Source of the DNA: Bdellovibrionota bacterium
Lineage (GTDB): Bacteria > Bdellovibrionota_C > UBA2361 > OMII01
Direction: 5' to 3'
Length of the DNA stretch: 21,930 nt
NCBI GenBank assembly: GCA_044356215.1
Contig: JBIKWQ010000059.1
Span: 1 to 21,930, forward strand
Both the position numbers and the translations under genes were made by a program. The notes under the pieces are model-generated. The model was not told where the DNA came from. It saw nothing but the letters and a program-made list of their open reading frames with translations, and searched no databases. The stretch's first letter is position 1. The number at the start of each line of letters is the position of its first letter. This document shows, piece by piece, positions 1-6,643 of this stretch.

Positions 1-120
1 ACAGAGAACGGCCATTTTATGGGTAATTATGGGGTTTTCTCTGTGTCCTCTGCGTCCTCTGTGGTAAAAAATATTTTACTTATTATCCCAGCAGCTTACC
101 AAAAACACTGCGACGCCCTG
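1..120 (+). mobile_element. MITE copy A (left end cut by window edge)
   Basis: Matches 16389-16508 with 6 mismatches in 120 nt (counted by eye); ends in the terminal repeat ACTGCGACGCCCTG (107-120). Confidence 0.85.
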
Positions 121-139
121 AGGTGAAAAATGGCCTGCG

Positions 140-616
140 TCAAGCCGCTTGCCCCAACTGCGAATCAACCTGGCTAGCCAACGTCTTGGCTAAATCCTGG
201 GCAGCTCCCTCGGCTCCGCTCTTGGCGCTTGATATCTGATTGGCGATCTCCTGACGTCCCGCTGCCAACTCAGCCGCCGCCTGGTTCTCAGCCTCGCGAA
301 CGATCGCCGCGGCCTTTTCCTTTGCAGCAGCGACGATCTCAGCGCGCTTGGCGCTCCCCTCAACGCGAGCCTTAAATATCGACTCATCGAATCTAGCCTT
401 TAGAGCTGTCGTCTTTTGACGCATCTGAGTCGCCGTAAAAGCGGCTCCTGTTGTCAATGACTCACGTTGCTCAACATGCTCTAAAAGTGGCTTAAACACC
501 TTATTTTCAAGGATCTTATAGAGAAGGAACATCAACCCGGTGCAGACAACGATCATCACGCCGTCTGTTGGGGTTAAGGAAACTGCCGCAAGGATATTGA
601 TAATTGTGTCAACCAT
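140..616 (-). CDS. atpF: F0F1 ATP synthase subunit b/b' family protein
   Basis: 158 aa; one N-terminal hydrophobic helix, then 'LENKVFKPLLEHVEQRE' (the b-subunit F-x-P-L...R motif) and a long Ala/Glu/Lys-rich coiled coil; lies downstream of parAB. b versus b' is not resolved. Confidence 0.85.
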   Translation of the reverse strand: MVDTIINILAAVSLTPTDGVMIVVCTGLMFLLYKILENKVFKPLLEHVEQRESLTTGAAFTATQMRQKTTALKARFDESIFKARVEGSAKRAEIVAAAKEKAAAIVREAENQAAAELAAGRQEIANQISSAKSGAEGAAQDLAKTLASQVDSQLGQAA

Positions 617-626
617 AGCAGCCGGA

Positions 627-655
627 AGAATCCCCGATCTTGGGGTTTAGATCAA
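627..655 (-). promoter_or_regulatory. Putative sigma70 promoter of the atp b/b' gene
   Basis: TTGATC (655-650), 17-bp spacer, GATTCT (632-627), 10 nt before the ATG at 616; no Shine-Dalgarno. Confidence 0.4.
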
Positions 656-687
656 CTAGATGAAGCTAATTAAGTTCAACCTTTGTC

Positions 688-1107
688 CTATTTCTGCTCG
701 CTCATACTACAACGCCCGACGAATGTGGCGCCCGGCTCAATCATGATCACCGGAGTAGTAATGTCACCACGCACCTCAGCGGAGCCTAAGATTGAGAGCG
801 ACTTGCTCGCCGTTGAATCACCGTTTAAGCGGCCCTCAAGAACCACCTCGACAGCTAAGACCCGGCCGGTTACAGAGCCGCCCTGCGCTATTACGAGCTT
901 CCCCTCTGAGGAGACCTCGCCTTCAACGACCCCAGCGATAACGATATCACCCTTAGTCTTGATGTCCCCTTTAAGAGTAGCCTCGGCTCCTACGGTTGTC
1001 GCCCCTGCCCGCCCAGAGATCCCCTGAGCCGCCCCAGCGCCTAATGTGAACTTACTTACCGCCGCTCCAGCCGCTACTGAGTCCGCCGCATTTCCACCGA
1101 TAGCCAT
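688..1107 (-). CDS. Bactofilin (polymer-forming cytoskeletal protein)
   Basis: Beta-helix repeats 'TVGAEATLKGDI...IVIAGVVEGEV...LVIAQGGSVTGRV...VVLEGRLNGD...AEVRGDITT...IEPGATFVGRCSM'; SD AAGGAG upstream of the ATG. Confidence 0.92.
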   Translation of the reverse strand: MAIGGNAADSVAAGAAVSKFTLGAGAAQGISGRAGATTVGAEATLKGDIKTKGDIVIAGVVEGEVSSEGKLVIAQGGSVTGRVLAVEVVLEGRLNGDSTASKSLSILGSAEVRGDITTPVIMIEPGATFVGRCSMSEQK

Positions 1108-1164
1108 AACAATCTCCTTACTAAACTAAAAACTAGCTTTTTATCCCTATTTTTACCGTTTTTA

Positions 1165-2205
1165 TTAAAGCTCACGAGCCGCGAGTATCTGAACTAATCT
1201 ATCTAGCTCCTCATCAGAGAAGAAATGCAACTCAATCGATCCGCCCTTGCGCTTACGGTTAATCTTGACCTTTGTTCCAAGGGCGTTTCGCAACCTCTCC
1301 TCTATCTCAGGGTATGCCGCTACTCGCGCCGAGCGCCCACCCACAGAAGTCGCGCCTACTCCAGATCCGAGTTTTTTAGGCGCCTCAAGCACAACATCGC
1401 GCGCCACGATCGACTCTATAGCACGAACAGAGAGGCTTTCGTTTATTATCTTATTGGCCAAGCCAAGCTGCGCGCTAGGCTCACGAACAGTCAATATCGC
1501 TTTGGCGTGCCCAGTTGTGATTCGACCATCACGCACCATCTCCTGGATCTGCGTTGGAAGCTTAAGGAGGCGGATCGCGTTAGCCACAGTTGCGCGGTCC
1601 TTGCCAACCCGCTCAGCAACCTCGTTGGTCGTCAGCGAGAACTCGTCGACTAGCCTCTGATAGCCCAGGGCTTCTTCAATAGCGTTTAACCCCTGCCTCT
1701 GTATGTTCTCAACAAGTGCTATCTCAAGGGTCTCTTTCTCGTTCAAATCCTTAATAAGTACAGGCACTTGCGAAAGACCGGCGCGCATGGCAGCGCGGTA
1801 ACGTCGCTCACCCGCGACCACCTGGTACGTGGAGCTGGTTGAACCCTGAAGCGGCCTAACCAAGATAGGCTGCAGAACCCCTAAGGTCTTAATAGAATCA
1901 GACAACTCCGCGATCTCCTGATCTGAGAAGTCCTGGCGCGGCTGATTTGGATTAGCTCTTAATTGCGAAATAGGTAGGAATGTCACGCCCTTAGATAGGG
2001 AATCAACAGGTTGTGTCGGTTGTGGATAAATTATCGATTCGCCTCCGTCGATGTTACTAGGTTCAGCTCTTGAGCTAGCGGCCTCGCCGCCTGTTGCCAT
2101 AACAGGAACCGGAGCTGCCGCAGTTGTTGATACCAGAGCGCTAAGCCCCCTGCCGAGCGCTGGGCGCGCTGGCTTCTTTAATCCTATTGCTCCACCTTGT
2201 GCCAT
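1165..2205 (-). CDS. parB: Chromosome partitioning protein ParB/Spo0J (CTPase)
   Basis: N-terminal 'ALGRGLSAL', 'NPNQPRQDF', 'GVLQPILVR', 'VAGERRYRA', 'ALVENIQR', an HTH and C-terminal 'IELHFFSDEEL'; strong SD AAGGAGG; follows parA. Confidence 0.97.
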   Translation of the reverse strand: MAQGGAIGLKKPARPALGRGLSALVSTTAAAPVPVMATGGEAASSRAEPSNIDGGESIIYPQPTQPVDSLSKGVTFLPISQLRANPNQPRQDFSDQEIAELSDSIKTLGVLQPILVRPLQGSTSSTYQVVAGERRYRAAMRAGLSQVPVLIKDLNEKETLEIALVENIQRQGLNAIEEALGYQRLVDEFSLTTNEVAERVGKDRATVANAIRLLKLPTQIQEMVRDGRITTGHAKAILTVREPSAQLGLANKIINESLSVRAIESIVARDVVLEAPKKLGSGVGATSVGGRSARVAAYPEIEERLRNALGTKVKINRKRKGGSIELHFFSDEELDRLVQILAAREL

Positions 2206-2250
2206 AACTCAACCCCTCCTTCCCTATTCTAAAACTCCGCTCGTTATACA

Positions 2251-2266
2251 TGTTCCACGTGGAACA
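2251..2266. promoter_or_regulatory. parS site 1
   Basis: Perfect palindrome TGTTCCACGTGGAACA matching the canonical parS consensus; in the parA-parB spacer. Confidence 0.95.
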
Positions 2267-2276
2267 GGCGTTCCGG

Positions 2277-2292
2277 TGTTCCACGTGGAACA
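2277..2292. promoter_or_regulatory. parS site 2
   Basis: TGTTCCACGTGGAACA; palindrome extends to 2275-2294. Confidence 0.95.
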
Positions 2293-2297
2293 CCTCA

Positions 2298-3101
2298 TTA
2301 AGCCGCCCTCTCCGATCCCTCTTGACCCTTATTATTTAGGTTTAGCCTCTCTATCAGCTCGCCCGCCAAAGCTAGGTAGGCCTTTGCACCAGCGCTCTGC
2401 GGATCGTAGGAACAGATCGGCAGGCCGTGACTTGGGGACTCCGAGAGTCTAATGTTGCGTGGAATCTTTGACCTAAACACTTTATCAGCGAAATGACGCT
2501 CAGCTTCTTGAAGAACCTGGACGGAGAGGTTTGTCCGCGCGTCATACATGGTTAAAAATATGCCGAGTAGTCCAAGAGCTGGATTAAACGTCTGCTGCAC
2601 AAACGAGATCGTGCTCAACAGCCCCGTTAGTCCCTCAAGGGAGTAGTATTCAGCTTGTAGCGGAACAAGAACATGCTGCGCGCTTCCCAGCGCGTTTAGA
2701 GTCAAGAGACCGGAAGAGGGCGGACAGTCAATCAAGATGACATCGAAGGCGTCCTGAATCTCCCTAAAGGCGTTTCGAAGGATTAACTCGCGTCCGGGCG
2801 CCTTACCTATCTCCAGCTCAAGGCTGACTAAGTCGTGTGAGCCCGGGATCACCCAGAGATTTGGGATGGAAGAGGGGACTACCGTATCCCGAAAAGGGAT
2901 TCTTCCAAAAAATGCATCATAGAGGTCTGCGCCCTCGGGAAGCTTCTCCATACCAAGGCCGCTGGTAGCGGATGCCTGAGGGTCGAAATCGAGCAACAAA
3001 ACCTTAAAACCTAGCAGGGCGAGCTGACTTGAGAGGCTTACTGCACTGGTAGTCTTGCCAACACCACCTTTCTGATTTGCGATTGCGACTATGTGAGCCA
3101 T
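2298..3101 (-). CDS. parA: Chromosome partitioning ATPase ParA/Soj
   Basis: Deviant Walker A 'NQKGGVGKTT', 'DFDPQASAT', 'IDCPPS', 'PLQAEYY', 'IPRNIRLSESPSHG'. ATG at 3101 preferred over the TTG at 3116 in the ORF track. Confidence 0.97.
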   Translation of the reverse strand: MAHIVAIANQKGGVGKTTSAVSLSSQLALLGFKVLLLDFDPQASATSGLGMEKLPEGADLYDAFFGRIPFRDTVVPSSIPNLWVIPGSHDLVSLELEIGKAPGRELILRNAFREIQDAFDVILIDCPPSSGLLTLNALGSAQHVLVPLQAEYYSLEGLTGLLSTISFVQQTFNPALGLLGIFLTMYDARTNLSVQVLQEAERHFADKVFRSKIPRNIRLSESPSHGLPICSYDPQSAGAKAYLALAGELIERLNLNNKGQEGSERAA

Positions 3102-3245
3102 CGATGGAGATCTCAAATTATAGGAGCTGAAACCGCCTAAACCCGACTAGGAACGCATATAGGCGACAAGTTGTTACAGTTATCACGAGTAGTGACTAGA
3201 AACAAGCGAATTGAGCTGCGTGAGAGAATTTGCAGAGGGCGTGAG

Positions 3246-3261
3246 TGTTCCACGTGGAACA
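3246..3261. promoter_or_regulatory. parS site 3
   Basis: TGTTCCACGTGGAACA; palindrome extends to 3244-3263. Confidence 0.95.
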
Positions 3262-3289
3262 CTTCCGCGATGCTCAATCCAATACTTTA

Positions 3290-3372
3290 CCCCTCTTTGC
3301 TCTCACCGCTCTCTTTGTACAAATAAGGATGCGCCGAGATTTTAATTTAAACAAAGAGGCCAGCCAGAACGG
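3290..3372 (+). repeat. Dispersed 9-nt-period repeat module, inverted copy of ~5225-5305
   Basis: CCCCTCTTTGCTCTCACCGCTCTCTTTGTACAAATAAGGAT...TTTAAACAAAGAGGCCAGCCAGAACGG aligns with the reverse complement of 5225-5305 with scattered mismatches. Confidence 0.8.
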
Positions 3373-3453
3373 ACAGAGGGGGGGGATACTGACGGTGCGG
3401 CTTATAGCTTCCTTCGCTGGTCTAGTTGTGAAAAACTGCTCAGCGTTAACGAG

Positions 3454-3469
3454 TGTTCCACGTGGAACA
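3454..3469. promoter_or_regulatory. parS site 4
   Basis: TGTTCCACGTGGAACA; palindrome extends to 3451-3472. Confidence 0.95.
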
Positions 3470-3555
3470 CTCTTGTGATGCCGTATCCAATATTTCTCAG
3501 CACAAAGGACCCGAAGGACACAAAGGAGGGGACAGGGAAGTCGTCGGCGCACACA

Positions 3556-3571
3556 TGTTCCACGTGGAACA
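3556..3571. promoter_or_regulatory. parS site 5
   Basis: TGTTCCACGTGGAACA; palindrome extends to 3554-3573. Confidence 0.95.
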
Positions 3572-3605
3572 TGAATAATATTAATAATATCAACCCACTA
3601 CTGCC

Positions 3606-3854
3606 CTAAACGCCGTTCTTACTAGCATAACAACTCCCCGCTCTACGATAAGCCACCGCTACCATAACCGGCCCGGCGTCAACTGGCGAAACCGATACTG
3701 TATTCTCCCTGCCACACCCAAAGCTAAGCTCCAGGCCCCGCTCGGTTATCCCCTCGAATCTATAGATCCCCGCAGGGGCAGACCCTACCGGCCATAGCAG
3801 CTTATAAAAACGGCCCCTCTTTAAACGAGTGGCGATATTGATATCATCTCTCAT
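3606..3854 (-). CDS. Small hypothetical protein (82 aa)
   Basis: ATG start with AAGGA about 6 nt upstream; fills the gap between the parS cluster and the divergent binding-protein gene; no family recognised. Confidence 0.5.
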   Translation of the reverse strand: MRDDINIATRLKRGRFYKLLWPVGSAPAGIYRFEGITERGLELSFGCGRENTVSVSPVDAGPVMVAVAYRRAGSCYASKNGV

Positions 3855-3953
3855 ACCGATCCTTACTAAGCAACAAATCTCATCGCCTCAGGAAAGAGGC
3901 TTCTATATAATCGCCCGGTCCCCAATAAAAGTTGCTCAAATAAAGGTTAAAAA

Positions 3954-5081
3954 ATGAAACGCGCACTCCGCTTTATCCTGCTTCTTATCTGCGTAACCCA
4001 CGTCTCTAACTCAATCTCCGCGCAAGAGAGCGCTCCGCCGATTGAACACGCCACCAAAGGCCCAACAAAAATCGGCGTGATACTCCCACTAACCGGCGAC
4101 TTCGCTTACTTTGGAGCTCAAGCAAAGATCGGAATAGAAACAGCTCTAAGCGAATTAAACTCAAGCGGAAACAACTTTAAAGTTATCTACGAAGACGATC
4201 GTTGCTTACCGAAGGACGCGTTAAAGAGCTTTAAAAAACTAGCCTCTGTCGATCACGTCGACCAGATCCTAGGGCCAGTCTGCACGGGATCAATACTAGC
4301 CGTAGCAGAGAGCGCCAAAAGTATGAAGCGTCACTTCCTCGCGCTACTAGACGCCAACCGCCCAGTCGCGGCATCAGGTGAGTTTACCTACGCCATCGGA
4401 TACAGCAGCGAAGAGGAGGCTGAGCTAATAGCAGAACACATGCGGTCATCCGGATACGTATCTCCAGCGGTAATATACGAAGAGGACGCTTGGGCTGTCG
4501 GAGTAAAAGACGCATTTAAAGCAAAATTCACAGCTATCGGCGGCAATATCACATCTGAAGAGGCGCAGGTGATCTCTGATGGCGTATCAGCGCAAGACTA
4601 CAAGCCGGTCATCACTAAAGCGATGAGACATAAGCCCGACTCATTATTTATCGTTCCTGCTTACAACGGCGGATTTATGATTAAGCAGATACGCGCCATG
4701 GGTGTAACCCTACCGATCTTTGGTCCCGACACCTGCGGAACAAATGAGGTGATCGAAACCGCTAAAGACTCCGCCAACGGGGTAATCTTCGCCAATGCCG
4801 TAGTTCCAAAAGACACTCCGGCGCTAAAGAAAATTGAGTTAGCCTTAACCAGATCATTAAAGCGAAAACCTGACTCAGTATTTTACGCAGGTCTTGGGTA
4901 CGATGGATTAAATATATTAGCGAGCGCGGCTAACTCCGGAAAACCATTCCCTGAGGCGATAGCCACAAGCGATCTAAGTAAGTCACTCCTAGGTTTTAAA
5001 ACCATTGGTGCCGATCGACAGAGTAGATTATCGCCAGGGTTGTTTGTGATTAAGGAGAAGAGAATTGAGCCGCTAAGGTAG
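3954..5081 (+). CDS. ABC transporter substrate-binding protein, LivJ/LivK (branched-chain amino acid) type
   Basis: Signal peptide, then 'KIGVILPLTGDFAYFG', 'VIYEDDRCLP', 'ILGPVCTG', 'DYKPVITK', 'AGLGYDG'. Confidence 0.9.
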   Translation: MKRALRFILLLICVTHVSNSISAQESAPPIEHATKGPTKIGVILPLTGDFAYFGAQAKIGIETALSELNSSGNNFKVIYEDDRCLPKDALKSFKKLASVDHVDQILGPVCTGSILAVAESAKSMKRHFLALLDANRPVAASGEFTYAIGYSSEEEAELIAEHMRSSGYVSPAVIYEEDAWAVGVKDAFKAKFTAIGGNITSEEAQVISDGVSAQDYKPVITKAMRHKPDSLFIVPAYNGGFMIKQIRAMGVTLPIFGPDTCGTNEVIETAKDSANGVIFANAVVPKDTPALKKIELALTRSLKRKPDSVFYAGLGYDGLNILASAANSGKPFPEAIATSDLSKSLLGFKTIGADRQSRLSPGLFVIKEKRIEPLR

Positions 5082-5124
5082 CTTCTCGGATCACTAGCTA
5101 AGCAAGCAAAATACACCCAGAGCC

Positions 5125-5232
5125 CAGGGCATCGCAGTGTTTTTGGTAAGCTGCTGGGATAATTAGTAAAATATTTTCTACCACAGAGGACGCAGAGAAA
5201 ACTCTATAATTGCCCATAAAATGGCCGTTCTC
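5125..5232 (-). mobile_element. MITE copy B (one terminal repeat; other end replaced by a different repeat module)
   Basis: Begins CAGGGCATCGCAGT at 5125; reverse complement of the right ~115 nt of the 16348-16508 element, with one 9-nt unit (GACACAGAG) deleted. Confidence 0.82.
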
Positions 5233-5305
5233 GCTGGCCTCTTTGTTTAAATGAAACCTGGGCGGATCCTTTTTGTACAAAGAGAGCGGCGAGGGAAAAG
5301 AGGGG
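5225..5305 (-). repeat. Dispersed repeat module shared with 3290-3372, fused to MITE copy B
   Basis: Reverse complement reads CCCCTCTTTTCCCTCGCCGCTCTCTTTGTACAAAAAGGATCCGCCCAGGTTTCATTTAAACAAAGAGGCCAGCGAGAACGG. Confidence 0.8.
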
Positions 5306-5398
5306 AGGGAAGAGGTGCTGTATAAAAGATGTGAAGCCATGCCTGTCAGCACTGAGCCAATCCCAAGATTATTATCTAAACATCTTTCCTCTCTACTA

Positions 5399-6187
5399 CT
5401 ACTTGTGGGTAATGGTGAGAGCTACACATCCACCCACACTCCCAAACCGCCTGTCTAGTGAAGCATTTGGATCGATCATCCTTGGAACAACACCTGAGGA
5501 ATTAACAAAGACACACCCCAGACTATCCGGCGGAAGTTGATCCACTAACGAGCGCGCCTCATCAAGCGCCCTCAGCCAATCTCTCTTCAGTTGTACTGGG
5601 TCTAAAGGAGCTCGCAATTGCTCAACAGCTAGCAAATCAGGGGTAATACGCGCGTTCCTACTCAACAATTCAAGTATTAAATCAGGGGTAAATCCCGGAT
5701 CCTTTCCGCATGCCGCCCAACAACATAGGCCTAAATGCAGGGTCTCTTGATGTATCGATAGCAGATCGATTACGTCACGAACTTCGGTTCGATTGGCGAG
5801 AGCGAGCGCCTTATTTATCGCCGCATCTATATCATGCAGCCTATAGCCGAACTCGAGATCAGCGACGGCAGGGAAGAATCGAAATGCGGTGTCAGATACC
5901 CATTCCAGCTTTACCGACTCAGAATCCTTTAACGCGATGCAGCGGACAAAGCCACGCTGCTCCGACAAAATCTTGACCTGATAATAGTTGGCACGAAGCG
6001 TTGACATATCTATCCCCGCGCAAGCTTGAACAGAAACATCTGGATCGTTAAATATGTCCACATCAACTGAGAAACGCGGGGAGCTATCAGACCTATTGAT
6101 AACAGTCGCTCCCGCAACATAGCTATCTGGGGCTCGATTACTCGCCAGAAGCCTTAGCACCGCGCGTTGAAAATCGGTTATGGGCAT
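5399..6187 (-). CDS. AbiEii/AbiGii-family nucleotidyltransferase (putative toxin)
   Basis: 'YVAGATVIN...PRFSVDVDIF' (G-x-T ... R-x-S-x-D-x-D) and 'INKALALANRTEVRDVIDL' (K...R...RD-x-x-D); start overlaps the upstream stop (ATGCCCATAA). Confidence 0.82.
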   Translation of the reverse strand: MPITDFQRAVLRLLASNRAPDSYVAGATVINRSDSSPRFSVDVDIFNDPDVSVQACAGIDMSTLRANYYQVKILSEQRGFVRCIALKDSESVKLEWVSDTAFRFFPAVADLEFGYRLHDIDAAINKALALANRTEVRDVIDLLSIHQETLHLGLCCWAACGKDPGFTPDLILELLSRNARITPDLLAVEQLRAPLDPVQLKRDWLRALDEARSLVDQLPPDSLGCVFVNSSGVVPRMIDPNASLDRRFGSVGGCVALTITHK

Positions 6188-6591
6188 AACTTCTTAGCCT
6201 CCATAAAACCTTCGCGTCCTCCATGCCGCCGCAATCCCTGCGCGATAAGCGGAAGCAGCTTGGGCGTAACTTCAAGATCTGGGCGAAGATGCCAGAAGCA
6301 CTGCGCGTAATACCGCTTAAATAGCTGCTGGCCCATTCGAGCTCTCTCTTCCTCCGACGGGGCGCTAGCAGAAACACCACCTGCGGTGCCGTGACTTAAA
6401 TTATCCGACTGTACCAAGGCAACATATTCGCTAAGTATCTCGTTTATTCGCGCCTGGTACCCGCGCCCCTGAGATTTAAAGTATGAAACCACAGAGGGGG
6501 CTAATTTGATGTATACTGGCACCTTTTCCTCAGCGGCTTTATCGGCGCTCCGCCTGCTTTGCACAAGTGCTTTTAGGTACTTATCCTGCAT
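6178..6591 (-). CDS. Putative antitoxin: BrnA-type ribbon-helix-helix domain fused to a small C-terminal helical domain
   Basis: 'KVPVYIKLAPSVVSYFKSQGRGYQARINEIL' fits the BrnA antitoxin motif; a Gly/Ser linker precedes 'LFKRYYAQCFWHLRPDLEVT...GLRRHGGREG'; coupled to the nucleotidyltransferase. Confidence 0.75.
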   Translation of the reverse strand: MQDKYLKALVQSRRSADKAAEEKVPVYIKLAPSVVSYFKSQGRGYQARINEILSEYVALVQSDNLSHGTAGGVSASAPSEEERARMGQQLFKRYYAQCFWHLRPDLEVTPKLLPLIAQGLRRHGGREGFMEAKKLCP

Positions 6592-6627
6592 ATATATAAT
6601 TATATATATAAGCTAGTGTGCCGTCAA
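6590..6627 (-). promoter_or_regulatory. Sigma70 promoter (leaderless) with overlapping 20-bp palindrome
   Basis: TTGACG (6627-6622), 17-bp spacer, TATAAT (6604-6599), 7 nt, ATG (6591); perfect palindrome ATATATATAATTATATATAT at 6590-6609. Confidence 0.8.
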
Positions 6628-6643
6628 AAGCTTTCGCACGCCA

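Noticed and set aside
2021..2029. Perfect DnaA box TGTGGATAA
   Set aside because: Single copy inside the parB coding sequence with no box cluster or unwinding element; insufficient to call oriC.
2251..3573. Repeated 16-bp palindromes as a CRISPR array
   Set aside because: Spacing is irregular (26 to ~970 bp), the repeats are too short, they match the parS consensus beside parAB, and no cas genes are present.
3245..3593. Short ORFs 3245-3478, 3274-3552 and 3402-3593
   Set aside because: Their peptides 'MFHVEH' and 'VPRGT' are translations of the parS palindrome and repeat modules; the ORFs overlap each other and have no family motifs.
5098..5540. ORFs 5098-5352, 5273-5458 and 5331-5540
   Set aside because: They are read through the MITE/repeat DNA or antisense to the toxin 3' end; 'NILLIIPAAYQKHC' recurs only because the MITE recurs.
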